Shown: positions 35,483-46,349, counted from the stretch's first letter. The stretch is DNA of 64,000 nt from Candidatus Enterousia sp. (GCA_045617905.1 JAZLJO010000020.1:12818-76817), one strand, 5' to 3'. Notes: generated from the sequence alone by a model not told the origin. A program made the numbers and translations.

Positions 35483-36511
35483 TTAAAAAATAGTCTTTAA
35501 TCCAAACATCAAAAATGATTTATTTGATGAAAAACCGGTTGAAAACCAAGCCTCTACGTTTTCACTGTATTTATATCTGAATGATGCAACCAGCGTATTA
35601 TCAATATAATTTTCAAAATTATGGTGCCAAATACCAGTATCTGATAAGATATACGACATCGACAAACTGTAATTTAATATATCGTAACTAAGCCCAGCAC
35701 CGGCTGACAAACCGTCTGAAATAACACCCATTGGGTCTTTATCATAAATTACACGCGTATTTAAACCAAAAATCCAACTGTTATACTGCAAATTCATCCC
35801 CATAGAGGCCTGCATCCGCCAATCAGCATTAACGTCATATGAAAAATAATCAGGTCTATAATGATCTGGCGTTTTTGTAAATGACGAAGCAAACGAATAC
35901 ACAGATTTTAATTTTCCAGTCGGACGTCTTATTTTTAATCCGAAATCCACAGTATAGTCATAGTCATCTGTTATTCCAGCCACCGATACACCATATTGCA
36001 CCCCCGAAAATGGAACAGATACAATATTTGCACGTAACGCCTTGTATCCCGTAGTTAAAACTGTATCCCCAATAATCGGACCACGCTGTGAAATTTTGTC
36101 ATAAAATAACGGTCTATCATTTATACGTAATGCCCCAACATCCGGCAGCCCAACCCCAAGTTTACGCGCCACAGATTCCATCATTCCAAATTCAATACGA
36201 AAAAAACTGCGATTTTCAAAAAAAACAAATGCTTCACGCATGAAATTATCTTCATTAATCGCAACATCATCAATTGCATAAACCAAGCCAAACGAATATT
36301 GCCGGTCGGCACGATAAAGCATTTGACCACGCAAACGCCAATCCCCAATAAAATCCGGTTTTTTTGTATCATTTTTCATAAAACCTGCTGTTCCATACCC
36401 AGTTAATCCGAACGAATAATGCCCGATATTATATTGGAATGCATCCGCAGAACAGATAACACCACCAAACAATATAATATAATAAAATAAACACCGACTA
36501 TAAAAACTCAT
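35483..36511 (-). CDS. outer-membrane beta-barrel (porin-like) protein
   Basis: Signal peptide ..VICSADA, an alternating beta-strand pattern, and a C-terminal ..FGLKTIF (terminal Phe). Confidence 0.6.
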   Translation of the reverse strand: MSFYSRCLFYYIILFGGVICSADAFQYNIGHYSFGLTGYGTAGFMKNDTKKPDFIGDWRLRGQMLYRADRQYSFGLVYAIDDVAINEDNFMREAFVFFENRSFFRIEFGMMESVARKLGVGLPDVGALRINDRPLFYDKISQRGPIIGDTVLTTGYKALRANIVSVPFSGVQYGVSVAGITDDYDYTVDFGLKIRRPTGKLKSVYSFASSFTKTPDHYRPDYFSYDVNADWRMQASMGMNLQYNSWIFGLNTRVIYDKDPMGVISDGLSAGAGLSYDILNYSLSMSYILSDTGIWHHNFENYIDNTLVASFRYKYSENVEAWFSTGFSSNKSFLMFGLKTIF

Positions 36512-36520
36512 ACGATTACC

Positions 36521-37429
36521 TTATTCTTGACTATCTTCTAAAACAGCGGCTTTTAATTTTGAAAATGCACGTTCTTCAATTTGTCGAACCCGCTCACGTG
36601 AAATACTGTATTTTTGAGACAATGCCTCTAATGTCAAAACAGGATCACTTAATCTTCGTGCAACCAAAATTTCACGATCGCGTTGGGGCAGGGCATTTAA
36701 ATGCCGACGTAACAAATCATATCCACGTCGTTTAAATTCTACGTTTTCCATAACATCGGCAACATTTTCACGGTTATCCGGCAAATTTGATAAAATATCA
36801 TGCGTTTCATCATCAGAATAGGCCGGTGTATTTAATGAAACATCACGTGCACCGATTCGTGTTGACATACGCTGGACATCAGTTTCAGGAACCGCCAGAT
36901 ATTCCGCAACACGTTTTGTTTGCTCGTCTGACATGTTGTTGTCCATTATCCCTAATGCCCGTTTTGCACGTGCAAGATTAAAAAATACACGTTTTTGATT
37001 TGCAGATGTACCAATTTTTACAATAGACCAATTATTCAATATTGTTTCGTAAATTTCCGCCCGAATCCAGAACATTGCATATGTTGAAAAACGAAAACCT
37101 TTTTCAGGATCAAATTTTTGTATTGCCTGCATTAACCCCATATTGCCACTGGCCACCAATTCCTGCACAGGGATACCATAATTTTTAAAATCATATGCAA
37201 CCGACACAACCAATCGTAAATGACTGGCCACCAATTTTTCTGCGGCAAATTTATCCTGATTTTTAACCCACGCAACCGCATATTGATATTCCTCTTCTGC
37301 AGTTAAAATGGGAAACTGTTGTATCATTTTTAAATATTTAGAAAAACTTACATCATCCCCGACCCCACGTCCGGCATCTAAACTGGGGGCAGAATAAACA
37401 GTCAAAGCGTTCTTGATTTGCTTTTTCAT
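36521..37429 (-). CDS. rpoH: RNA polymerase sigma-32 (heat shock sigma factor)
   Basis: Region 2 GNMGLMQAIQKFDPEKGFRFSTYAMFWIRAEI and an RpoH-box-like QKRVFFNLARAKR. Confidence 0.9.
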   Translation of the reverse strand: MKKQIKNALTVYSAPSLDAGRGVGDDVSFSKYLKMIQQFPILTAEEEYQYAVAWVKNQDKFAAEKLVASHLRLVVSVAYDFKNYGIPVQELVASGNMGLMQAIQKFDPEKGFRFSTYAMFWIRAEIYETILNNWSIVKIGTSANQKRVFFNLARAKRALGIMDNNMSDEQTKRVAEYLAVPETDVQRMSTRIGARDVSLNTPAYSDDETHDILSNLPDNRENVADVMENVEFKRRGYDLLRRHLNALPQRDREILVARRLSDPVLTLEALSQKYSISRERVRQIEERAFSKLKAAVLEDSQE

Positions 37430-37482
37430 AACTTTTATAGTATAGAATCATCATTATACTATGTCAAACAGGAGATTATTCG

Positions 37483-38133
37483 ATGACATCAATATTGGAA
37501 AGAAACAATAAAATAAATCAACCAAAGAAAACACGCGAAGAATACGCCGAAGACGCATTGTATCGTGAGGTTTGGGAAGAGGTTAATAACGAAAAAACCA
37601 CTAAATTTATAAAAAAGTATGCCAAGCACATGCTTGGGGCTGCGTTAATTATTGTTGCCATTGCCGCATCAATTCAAATTACTGTTAACATACATAACAA
37701 CAGTAAAATTAAATATGCAGGACTGTATGAAAATGGTATCGTTAATGCGGATGCTGCCGTCTTAGAATCTATTTCAAAAAATTCCCAAGGGGCAATTGCA
37801 GATTTAGCATTGTTTCAATCTTATTTATTGGACAAAGATATAGAAAAATTAGAAAAATTGGCAGAACACGGTTCAACACGCGATTTTCGAGATTTAGCAA
37901 AAATGCATATTGTTGGATTACGTGGAGACGATATGACCGCACATGAAGTTGCAAGTTATTTAAATAGTGCAAACACAAAAAAATCACCATTTTATTACAC
38001 ATCACGTTTAACAGTGGCACGTAAATATTTAAGCGATGGCGATCGTGACGCAGCCAACCGTATATTGGATGAAATAATAAATGATACCAATACACCGGCC
38101 ACAATTTCCGCAAGTGCCCAAACATTAAAATAG
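37483..38133 (+). CDS. YfgM-like membrane-anchored TPR-like protein
   Basis: One TM segment followed by a helical domain. Its position upstream of bamB-der mirrors E. coli yfgM-bamB-der. Confidence 0.5.
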   Translation: MTSILERNNKINQPKKTREEYAEDALYREVWEEVNNEKTTKFIKKYAKHMLGAALIIVAIAASIQITVNIHNNSKIKYAGLYENGIVNADAAVLESISKNSQGAIADLALFQSYLLDKDIEKLEKLAEHGSTRDFRDLAKMHIVGLRGDDMTAHEVASYLNSANTKKSPFYYTSRLTVARKYLSDGDRDAANRILDEIINDTNTPATISASAQTLK

Positions 38134-38151
38134 GGTAATAGGGGGGATAAA

Positions 38152-38889
38152 ATGAAAAACTTTGTTTCAATTCTAGGATGTTTAGCCGGATTATGTGCCT
38201 GTTCAAGTCACGATCCGATATTACCGGGAACAAGAACCGCAGTATTTAGCACAACACAAAAAAATATATTAAATATAAATATTGAACAATTGCCAGAAAC
38301 ATCGTTAAAACCATCTGCAGAACAAGACGAAAAATGCACATACACCCAAGACCAAGAAAACGTCATTTGGGACGGAGAAAAAAGAGTTTTTAGCGGTTTT
38401 CCAACCGGCAATTCTGTAAAAAGTGTAAAAAAACCTGTCTGTAATGGAAATTATATATACGCAGGTTTAACAACCGGTGAATTAGTAAAAATTGATGCAA
38501 AAAATCGCCAAATTGCCTGGATAGCAGACATATATCGCAACAGCAATATGACAGGTGGTGCAACAATTGTAGATATAATTGCCCCAATTGTAATAAATGG
38601 TACTAATGTATATGCGGGTGGTTTAGGGGATGCTTTATGCAAAATTAATGATAAAACGGGGACCAAAATATGGTGCACCGATATTAGTGTTGGATTACCT
38701 TTTATTGTTACACAAAATGCGATTTTTGTTGTATCCACGGACGATAATTTATATGCAATTCGCCCCAATGATGGTGCGATTTATTGGACGTCGTCAATAA
38801 AAAAGCAAAACACACCCGAATATCATAATAAAACCATACATGTTGGCAATCAAATATTTGATGCAACAACGGGTAAATTAATGAAATAG
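38152..38889 (+). CDS. bamB: BamB-like outer-membrane assembly lipoprotein (short, 245 aa)
   Basis: Lipobox LAGLCAC. PQQ-like blades (GELVKIDAKNRQIAW, ALCKINDKTGTKIW, NLYAIRPNDGAIYW). Confidence 0.7.
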   Translation: MKNFVSILGCLAGLCACSSHDPILPGTRTAVFSTTQKNILNINIEQLPETSLKPSAEQDEKCTYTQDQENVIWDGEKRVFSGFPTGNSVKSVKKPVCNGNYIYAGLTTGELVKIDAKNRQIAWIADIYRNSNMTGGATIVDIIAPIVINGTNVYAGGLGDALCKINDKTGTKIWCTDISVGLPFIVTQNAIFVVSTDDNLYAIRPNDGAIYWTSSIKKQNTPEYHNKTIHVGNQIFDATTGKLMK

Positions 38890-38902
38890 ACATGAGTTTA
38901 AT

Positions 38903-38934
38903 AAAAAAAATCCCGTTTCAACGGGATTTTTTTT
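38903..38934. terminator. bidirectional terminator
   Basis: AAAAAAAA-TCCCGT-TTCA-ACGGGA-TTTTTTTT. Confidence 0.65.
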
Positions 38935-39529
38935 ATATCAAACATGACAGTGTTGCACCAGAATTTTTTAACCAAAACCAACCTATACGATAATCTGTTG
39001 CATAAACAGTTATCAAAAACAGAGATAATATTCCAATAACAACGATTATGTCACTTTTTTTACCGCGCATACAATACAGCGATATATTATAAAACAAAAA
39101 TAAAATGTATACATCTACAATTAAACTAATAACCCACATTGATGTACAATTAAATGCCAACGAATTTAATACCAAAATAACCGGATAAAGAAAGAATATT
39201 GAGGCCAAACCTTTAATTGCAATTTCCCAATCACGTTCACCACCGGTTATTTCGGATAACAACATCATCAGCCCCCCCAATACGAACAACATCGCAACCG
39301 CCAATACTGGAATTATTACAATTGCCGTAAAAACCGAACTTATCGTAACCGTTGCACCACCAACCAATCGTATCAATAATACAGATATACCACCTAATAA
39401 ACCATACAAAAAGGCCTGTAACATAGATTCATCCATATTTCCATCGGCAACAATTTTTGTAAAATAACGTCTTGGATTAATCAAAATATTTTTTACATGC
39501 GAAAAAACACTTATTGTTTTATTAAACAT
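38933..39529 (-). CDS. Yip1-like multi-pass membrane protein
   Basis: 198 aa with five predicted TM helices after an N-terminal ..NPRRYF.. segment. Assignment is weak. Confidence 0.4.
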   Translation of the reverse strand: MFNKTISVFSHVKNILINPRRYFTKIVADGNMDESMLQAFLYGLLGGISVLLIRLVGGATVTISSVFTAIVIIPVLAVAMLFVLGGLMMLLSEITGGERDWEIAIKGLASIFFLYPVILVLNSLAFNCTSMWVISLIVDVYILFLFYNISLYCMRGKKSDIIVVIGILSLFLITVYATDYRIGWFWLKNSGATLSCLI

Positions 39530-39583
39530 TTATACACCTCTATTTGATTATTTGTATTTTTGCTTTATAATAATAAAAAATCA

Positions 39584-40936
39584 ATGGAAAAAACAATGAT
39601 AAAAGTAACTATTGCTGGACGACCAAATACTGGTAAATCTACACTGTTTAATGGATTAACCAATACCCGCGATGCACTTGTCCATGATAGACCGGGTGTT
39701 ACGCGTGATTGTATATGTGGAATATTTGCAGACAGACCATATTCTTTGTGTGATACCGCCGGTTTAGAAAAAGCATCAAACGGTATTGCGTCTGATTCAA
39801 CTAATATGGCTATTTCTGCCATTACAGATGCAGATGCCGTGTTATTTGTTGTGGATGGCCGTACAGGTTTAACAGATGAAGATTTGCAATGGGCACGTTT
39901 GGTGCACCGTAAAACACATGCCCCTGTATTATTGTTAGCAAACAAGGCGGAATCTGCAAAACGTATGACAGATATCCAAGAATTTTATAAATTAGGTTTT
40001 GGAGAACCTGTAAAAATATCTGCAGAACACAAGACTGGTTTTAACGCTATTTACGATTTTTTGGATAAAATAGCCGAAAAATCACCTGATAAAGCAATTG
40101 AACAAAATATACAAATTGAAGATAATAAATTAAAAGTTGCTATTTTAGGTCAACCAAATGTTGGTAAATCTACACTGGTAAACCGCATATTAGGTGAAAA
40201 TCGACAAATCGTACGTAATGAACCCGGTGTTACACGTGATACAGTAAAAATTCCGACACACTTTTATGGACGTGAAATTTTATTAATGGATACTGCAGGC
40301 CTACGACGTAAAGCTGGTGTTACAGATGATGTTGAAACACTGTCCGCATTAAAATCATTGGATGCAATCGAACGTGCAAATGTTGTTATTTTAGTGGTTG
40401 ATGCCACCCGCAATATTGAAAATCAGGCACTGGGGATTGCAGCCCGTGTTTACAATGCTGGGAAAATTTTGTGTTTGGCATTAAATAAATGGGATTTAGT
40501 AAATCCAGCGGAACGTGATGAAAAATTATTAAAATTAAAACATCAATTCACAAATTCATTTCACCAGATTATAAAACCAATGATTTTGGCTATATCTGCA
40601 GAAACCGGAACCGGTGTTCAAAACATGTTCCGTCGCATTTACGAACAATGGGATATATCAAATGCCCAGGCACCAACCAGTTTAATTAACCGCATCATAG
40701 AAAATTTAGTAACAACAAGACAACCACCAATGTCACGCTTAAAACGCCCCATGAAAATAAAATTTGCACGTCAAACAGGGCGTCACCCAATGCGAATAAC
40801 GATAAATGTTGGGGGGGCGTCTGACATACCAGAATCATATACCCGGTATTTACGACGTGGCTTGGCAACCGAATTAAAATGGGATCATTTGCCAATTGTT
40901 ATTGAATATAAAAAAGATGAAAATCCGTTTGATTAA
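39584..40936 (+). CDS. der: ribosome-associated GTPase Der (EngA), tandem GTPase domains plus KH-like domain
   Basis: GRPNTGKSTLFN and GQPNVGKSTLVN G1 motifs, DTAG twice, NKxD twice. Start is uncertain (ATG 39584 or 39596; track TTG 39560). Confidence 0.9.
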   Translation: MEKTMIKVTIAGRPNTGKSTLFNGLTNTRDALVHDRPGVTRDCICGIFADRPYSLCDTAGLEKASNGIASDSTNMAISAITDADAVLFVVDGRTGLTDEDLQWARLVHRKTHAPVLLLANKAESAKRMTDIQEFYKLGFGEPVKISAEHKTGFNAIYDFLDKIAEKSPDKAIEQNIQIEDNKLKVAILGQPNVGKSTLVNRILGENRQIVRNEPGVTRDTVKIPTHFYGREILLMDTAGLRRKAGVTDDVETLSALKSLDAIERANVVILVVDATRNIENQALGIAARVYNAGKILCLALNKWDLVNPAERDEKLLKLKHQFTNSFHQIIKPMILAISAETGTGVQNMFRRIYEQWDISNAQAPTSLINRIIENLVTTRQPPMSRLKRPMKIKFARQTGRHPMRITINVGGASDIPESYTRYLRRGLATELKWDHLPIVIEYKKDENPFD

Positions 40937-40954
40937 ACAAATCGTTTTTACACC

Positions 40955-40984
40955 AAAAACGGGGACAATATCTGCCCCCGTTTT
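40955..40984. terminator. bidirectional terminator between der and pheT
   Basis: AAAACGGGG-ACAATATCTG-CCCCGTTTT. Confidence 0.55.
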
Positions 40985-41000
40985 CTTATGATAATTATCA

Positions 41001-43301
41001 TTATTTATCACGAATAATTGCACCGCATTCAGATGAAACTGCGGTAATTATATTATCTTGCATTTTTAACAATTCAACATCCGTCATATTTTCATGTGGA
41101 ATAATTGTTATTGTAAATGCAACCGATTTTTTACCATTTCCCATATCAAATGTATCAAAAACAACAATATTTTTTATACGTGAATCTGTTTTTGCCGCAA
41201 CTGATACCAATTTATCTGCAGGCGTATCCGTATCAACAATAAAAGCAAAATCGCGCTTTATTGGTTGAAAATCAGATAAATCTTCACAATATTGTGATAT
41301 TTTTTTCGGCAAAACCGAGATGTCATCAACAATCGCAATACATACATTTGTTTTAATTTTCATTGCACGTGCAACAGATGGATGTAATTCACCAAATTCC
41401 GCGACAATAACATCGCCAGAAACGATTCGTCCATATCTGAACGGATGTGCCCAACGTGGGGCATTATCTGTCTGTACATCAAAATTTTGGTTATTTAACA
41501 AGGCAATAATATCCGCTTTGGTATCATAAACATCAACCGAACGATTACGACGTTGCCAATGTTTTGGCGACGTGTCACCTGTACGAACAATACAAATCTG
41601 TGTATGTTGTTCTTTTGGGTTATTCCCATCAAATACAGTCCCTAATTCAAACAGATTTAAATCCGGATATCCTCGTTTTTCATTGTCTACAACAAACGTT
41701 AACATATTTCCCAACAATGTATTTCGTGCTGTATTTAATTCTGATGTAATAGGATTAGCAACCATGATAGACGGTTTATCAAACAATAATGCTTCAACCT
41801 TTGAATCACCAAACCCAAAAGATTTGCATTCATTTAAACCACGTGCAGCCAATTTTAATTTTAAATCAATATCTTGTGCATTATGCTTTGCTGTAAAATC
41901 CGCATGACATTTAGCAGAAGTCGCCATTTTATCATACCCATAAATACGCATTAATTCTGCAACAATATTTTCAGGTATTTCTATATCAACACGTGCTGAT
42001 GTTGGTATAATTTCCCAAACATCACCATTATCAGAAATATTATAACCCAAATTTTCTAAAATTTCACGTTGTTTGGCCGTTGGTATATCAACACCCGTTT
42101 TTGTATGTAATAATCCCGGCGTATATGTTATTTTTCGCGTTTCTAATGGAATTTGTCCAGCAATACCACATCCAGTAATTTTGCCACCACAAAGATCCGT
42201 TATCATTTCAATCGCTTGATGCATTGCAATACCGGAAATTGTTGGATCAATTCCACGTTCATAACGATATGATGCATCTGTTGATATTCCAAAACGTTTC
42301 GACGTTTTTCGGACAGATACCGGATCAAAATACGCACTTTCTAATATAATATTTTTGGTATTATCTGTTGTACAACCACGTGCACCACCAATAACACCCG
42401 CCAAAGCCAAAACACCATTGTCATCTGCAATGACGATATCATTCACAGTTAATTTATGGGTATTTCCAAATAAATCTGTAAAATCTTCACCATCTATTGC
42501 CATACGTATTTTAATATTTCCATAAACTTCATCTGCATCAAAACAATGCATTGGTTGCCCCATGTCATAACAAATGTAATTTGTTGTATCTATTGGAGCA
42601 TTTTTTGGATTTATACCAATTGCTGTTAAACGTGCTGCTATTTTTTGGACAGACGCACGAACAGTTATATCTGAAATTTCACAAAACCGATAAATTGCAC
42701 ATTTATCTGTTTCAATAATTGCCTGGCGTACTGATTTTGGGGTATCTTTGGATGGGATTTCTGGCAAAACATATTTACCTGCACCACAAACACTCAAATC
42801 ATGTGCAATTCCACGAACAGACAAATAATCTGGCCTATTTGGGGTAATTCCGGCTTCAAAAACAATCGTTTTTTCTAGAATAGAAGAACCTAATTCTGTA
42901 TCATCCGGCAATTCTATAATACCACTGTTATCAGTATTTATTCCCAATTCAAAACCACTGCACATCATACCATTCGATTCAACACCACGTAATTTCCCAT
43001 TGCGAATTTCACGTCCCTGAATAACACATCCAGGTTTTGCCAAAGCAGAAATCAATCCAATACGAGCATTTGGTGCACCACAAACAACCTGACGCACAGA
43101 AACCCCATCATCAACCTGTAAAACATGTAAATGATCACTGCCTGTTATCGGCTGGCAATCAACAATTTTTGCGGCCACAGGTACAACCATTTCTGAAACA
43201 GAATCGACCTCTAAACCAGTACGTGTTAAAATATCGGCAATTTGTTCTGGTGACATATCAGTTTGTAAATAATCAGTCAACCAATCATAAGTCCATTTCA
43301 T
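41001..43301 (-). CDS. pheT: phenylalanyl-tRNA synthetase beta subunit
   Basis: N-terminal tRNA-binding domain (VVCGAPNARIGL), B3/4 and B5 domains. 766 aa, downstream of pheS. Confidence 0.9.
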   Translation of the reverse strand: MKWTYDWLTDYLQTDMSPEQIADILTRTGLEVDSVSEMVVPVAAKIVDCQPITGSDHLHVLQVDDGVSVRQVVCGAPNARIGLISALAKPGCVIQGREIRNGKLRGVESNGMMCSGFELGINTDNSGIIELPDDTELGSSILEKTIVFEAGITPNRPDYLSVRGIAHDLSVCGAGKYVLPEIPSKDTPKSVRQAIIETDKCAIYRFCEISDITVRASVQKIAARLTAIGINPKNAPIDTTNYICYDMGQPMHCFDADEVYGNIKIRMAIDGEDFTDLFGNTHKLTVNDIVIADDNGVLALAGVIGGARGCTTDNTKNIILESAYFDPVSVRKTSKRFGISTDASYRYERGIDPTISGIAMHQAIEMITDLCGGKITGCGIAGQIPLETRKITYTPGLLHTKTGVDIPTAKQREILENLGYNISDNGDVWEIIPTSARVDIEIPENIVAELMRIYGYDKMATSAKCHADFTAKHNAQDIDLKLKLAARGLNECKSFGFGDSKVEALLFDKPSIMVANPITSELNTARNTLLGNMLTFVVDNEKRGYPDLNLFELGTVFDGNNPKEQHTQICIVRTGDTSPKHWQRRNRSVDVYDTKADIIALLNNQNFDVQTDNAPRWAHPFRYGRIVSGDVIVAEFGELHPSVARAMKIKTNVCIAIVDDISVLPKKISQYCEDLSDFQPIKRDFAFIVDTDTPADKLVSVAAKTDSRIKNIVVFDTFDMGNGKKSVAFTITIIPHENMTDVELLKMQDNIITAVSSECGAIIRDK

Positions 43302-43314
43302 ATTATATACTCCT

Positions 43315-44262
43315 TTATTTACCAGCCATTTTTAACCAACGAACGTCACCGTCATAAAACTTTCTTATGTCATCGAAACCATATTTTAACATTGCCAATC
43401 TATCCCAACCAAAACCGAAAGCATATCCCTGGTATTCATCTGGATTAATATTACAATTTTTTAAAACATTTGGATGAACCATACCGGCGCCCATAATTTC
43501 TAACCATTTATCACCGTGCCATTTCATATCAATTTCAATACTTGGTTCTGTAAAAGGGAAATATGACGGCCGAATACGTAATTCAATATTATCTAAATTA
43601 AAAAACTTTTGTAAAAATGCACGAACATCAGCAACCAAATCCGACATTGTTATATTTTTACCAATATTTAATCCCTCAATTTGATGGAACATTGGACTGT
43701 GTGTAGCATCCATTTCTTTGCGATAGGTCGCCCCGATACCAAACATTTTAATTGGCCCACAAGATTCATCCATACTGCGAATTTGAATTGCGGACGTTTG
43801 TGTACGCATAACATTACCATTTGGCAGAAAAAATGTATCCTGCATATCACGTGCTGGATGATATGATGGAGTATTTAGTGCAGTAAAATTATGCCAATCA
43901 TCTTCAATTTCCGGTCCTGTACGTAATTCATAACCAAAAGATTCTAAAATATATGATATATCCGCCAATGAACGGGTTAACGGATGCAAAGTTCCAAAAT
44001 TTTCAGATTCAGGATTTAACGTCATATCTAACTTTTGTTTTTCCAATCCCGCCATCATAACAGCATTTTCTATCTCTATTTGACGATTTTTAAAGGCATC
44101 ACGCAATGCGGTATTTTCCAAATTTAATGCCGCACGTTGTTCATTGTCCAGATTTTTCATTTCCTTTAATTTGACCGTCATTGTCCCATTTTTTCCAAAT
44201 ACAGATGTATACAACGCCTGTAATTCTTCCAAAGTGTTTACATTTCTAATTTGTTCCTGCAT
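43315..44262 (-). CDS. pheS: phenylalanyl-tRNA synthetase alpha subunit
   Basis: HPLTRSLADI, HPARDMQDTFF, class II motifs FRKEMDATHSPMFHQIEG and GAGMVHPNVL..GFGWDRLAM. Confidence 0.9.
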   Translation of the reverse strand: MQEQIRNVNTLEELQALYTSVFGKNGTMTVKLKEMKNLDNEQRAALNLENTALRDAFKNRQIEIENAVMMAGLEKQKLDMTLNPESENFGTLHPLTRSLADISYILESFGYELRTGPEIEDDWHNFTALNTPSYHPARDMQDTFFLPNGNVMRTQTSAIQIRSMDESCGPIKMFGIGATYRKEMDATHSPMFHQIEGLNIGKNITMSDLVADVRAFLQKFFNLDNIELRIRPSYFPFTEPSIEIDMKWHGDKWLEIMGAGMVHPNVLKNCNINPDEYQGYAFGFGWDRLAMLKYGFDDIRKFYDGDVRWLKMAGK

Positions 44263-44283
44263 AACTTATACCTTTAAAAAATT

Positions 44284-44305
44284 AAAAAAGCCGTCATTTG
44301 ACGGC
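44284..44305 (-). terminator. terminator/attenuator-like hairpin between rplT and pheS
   Basis: Minus sense GCCGTC-AAAT-GACGGC followed by TTTTTT. Confidence 0.5.
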
Positions 44306-44342
44306 TTTTATTATTACAAAACAAGCATTCGCCGCCAAGGGT

Positions 44343-44711
44343 TTATTTCGCATCGGCACCGATAAATCGTTTTGCAGTTTCAACCAATTTCGCAAAATTT
44401 GCATCACCAGCGTATGCCATTTCGGCTAATACTTTACGATCCAGAACAACACCGGCCTTTTTCAAACCATTCATGAACTGGCTGTATGTCAATCCGTTAC
44501 CACGAACTGCAGCATTGATACGAACGATCCATAAACTGCGAAATTCACGTTTTTTAACGCGACGATCACGATAAGCATACTGCCCCGCTTTTTCCGTTTT
44601 TTCACGTGCAGCGCGATATGTCGTGCTATGACGTCCCAAGTATCCCTTGGCACGTGCCAATATTTTACTATGTTTCTGTTTTACGGTTGTACCGCGTTTT
44701 ACTCTTGCCAT
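44343..44711 (-). CDS. rplT: 50S ribosomal protein L20
   Basis: [24 protein letters not shown].... Confidence 0.95.
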   Translation of the reverse strand: MARVKRGTTVKQKHSKILARAKGYLGRHSTTYRAAREKTEKAGQYAYRDRRVKKREFRSLWIVRINAAVRGNGLTYSQFMNGLKKAGVVLDRKVLAEMAYAGDANFAKLVETAKRFIGADAK

Positions 44712-44724
44712 AATTTAACCCCTT

Positions 44725-44928
44725 TTATTTCAAACCATATGGGGCCAAGATTTTAGCCTGTCCAACCATATTATCATTCAAATATTGTGGTTTTGAACCC
44801 GCATTATTTGCACGTGCAGACTTGTGACGTAACAATTTTTTGTGGGCATTTCTGGCAACGCGAATTTTACCGGTTGCAGTCATAGATGCGCGCTTTTTCA
44901 AGTACGACTTTGTTTTTAATTTTGGCAT
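44725..44928 (-). CDS. rpmI: 50S ribosomal protein L35
   Basis: Start at ATG 44928 (AGAGGTG SD), giving MPKLKTKSYLKKRASMTATGKIRV. Confidence 0.9.
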   Translation of the reverse strand: MPKLKTKSYLKKRASMTATGKIRVARNAHKKLLRHKSARANNAGSKPQYLNDNMVGQAKILAPYGLK

Positions 44929-45063
44929 TTTCACCTCTTTTTGTTTACCCTGATGGCAATGCCGTGCCACTTTGGATGTTTACTGAAAGTAACGCTGTTA
45001 TTCTGGCATAATAAAACAAAAAATCAAGTTTTTATTGAATGTTTTCTTTTTATAGATTAAACT

Positions 45064-45894
45064 ATGTATGAAATGATTTATAATAAAATATCTTCCCGTG
45101 TGCAATCACTTATAAAATCTGCCGCAATGGCGGCGATTATGCCTGTATTATTTATTTATATAATGATTGCCAAACCAGATTACACAATAATGAATGCATT
45201 GGCACATATTGTTCTGCCTGCCGCTGAAACAATTGGGGATATAGTGACTTGGCCTGTTCGGGCATTTGGTGGTCGTGTACAAAAATTACACGAGCTGTCT
45301 GAATTACGTACCGAAAACGAAGAATTACACAAACAACTGCAAGCAGCGTTGCGTAACCAGGTTTCATGTGATATTGCAATACGTGAAAACCAAAAGATGG
45401 CACGTGAATTGGATATCGTACAAAACGAACCTTATGATGTTGTTCTGGCTGATATCGTGCATGATAATACTGCATTTCACCACAGCAATTTCTTTATAAA
45501 CAAGGGATCAAATCACGGTTTATCCAAAGGTATGATAGCTGTATCACTAGATGGAACGTTGGTCGGTATAATAATTGATTCTGGAAAAACATTTTCTAGG
45601 GTACGTGCAATTAATGATTCTGAATCAAACATAGCAGTTCGTATAGTTGGCTCTGAAATTTATGGCTTTATGTCAGGTAACGGTGGTCAACAACCGACAA
45701 TTGGTTTTTTCAGTGATCCTGATTATCAACCAACATCTGGTACAAAATTAGTCACAAGCAATATTAGTGGTATTTTACCGGCAGGTATTCCTGTTGGAAC
45801 GATTATTAATAATACTGATGTTGATATTGTTCATGTTAGCCGTTTATCGCGTGTAATGATTTTAAAGTTCAACATCCAAAATGAATACAAATGA
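45064..45894 (+). CDS. mreC: rod shape-determining protein MreC
   Basis: TM segment, coiled coil (ELRTENEELHKQLQ), beta-barrel motifs, and LVTSNISGILPAGIPVGTI. Confidence 0.85.
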   Translation: MYEMIYNKISSRVQSLIKSAAMAAIMPVLFIYIMIAKPDYTIMNALAHIVLPAAETIGDIVTWPVRAFGGRVQKLHELSELRTENEELHKQLQAALRNQVSCDIAIRENQKMARELDIVQNEPYDVVLADIVHDNTAFHHSNFFINKGSNHGLSKGMIAVSLDGTLVGIIIDSGKTFSRVRAINDSESNIAVRIVGSEIYGFMSGNGGQQPTIGFFSDPDYQPTSGTKLVTSNISGILPAGIPVGTIINNTDVDIVHVSRLSRVMILKFNIQNEYK

Positions 45895-46349
45895 AAAATA
45901 GTGTTAAACAATTTTTTTTAACTATATTTCCATTTTTGACAACGCTTGTTTTATGGCGGTTATCTGGGCCGTTTTGGAATCCTGCGGGAATTTTAGCGAT
46001 AATTCCAATTTTTTATTGCTCGTTTGTTAAACCTGTTCCATGGTTTTCAGGGATTTCTATTTTGTTTTGCTTTCTAATTGACTATAAATTTAACACATTA
46101 GTGTATTGGACGGTATTATACTGTTTAACATATGCCATAAATGGTTTTCAGGGATTTATAGATTTACCACGTGCCAAAAATCGTGCAATTGTTGCTTTTA
46201 TGATATTTTTTGGAATAGGGGTTCTGATTTTATCATGTTTCCATGTCAGTTTATCAAATGTAATTCGTGCATTATGGATATTTTGTTGGACATCGATATT
46301 ATACATACCAATTACAGGTCTGATTGCAAGGGTTTGCGATGATAGATAA
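45891..46349 (+). CDS. mreD: rod shape-determining protein MreD
   Basis: 152 aa, five TM helices, located between mreC and mrdA. Identity rests mainly on position. Confidence 0.65.
   Translation: MKNSVKQFFLTIFPFLTTLVLWRLSGPFWNPAGILAIIPIFYCSFVKPVPWFSGISILFCFLIDYKFNTLVYWTVLYCLTYAINGFQGFIDLPRAKNRAIVAFMIFFGIGVLILSCFHVSLSNVIRALWIFCWTSILYIPITGLIARVCDDR

Noticed and set aside
44263-44342. pheST leader-peptide attenuator as in E. coli pheM.
   Set aside because: A hairpin with a T run is present after rplT, but no Phe-rich leader ORF could be found in the 80-nt spacer.
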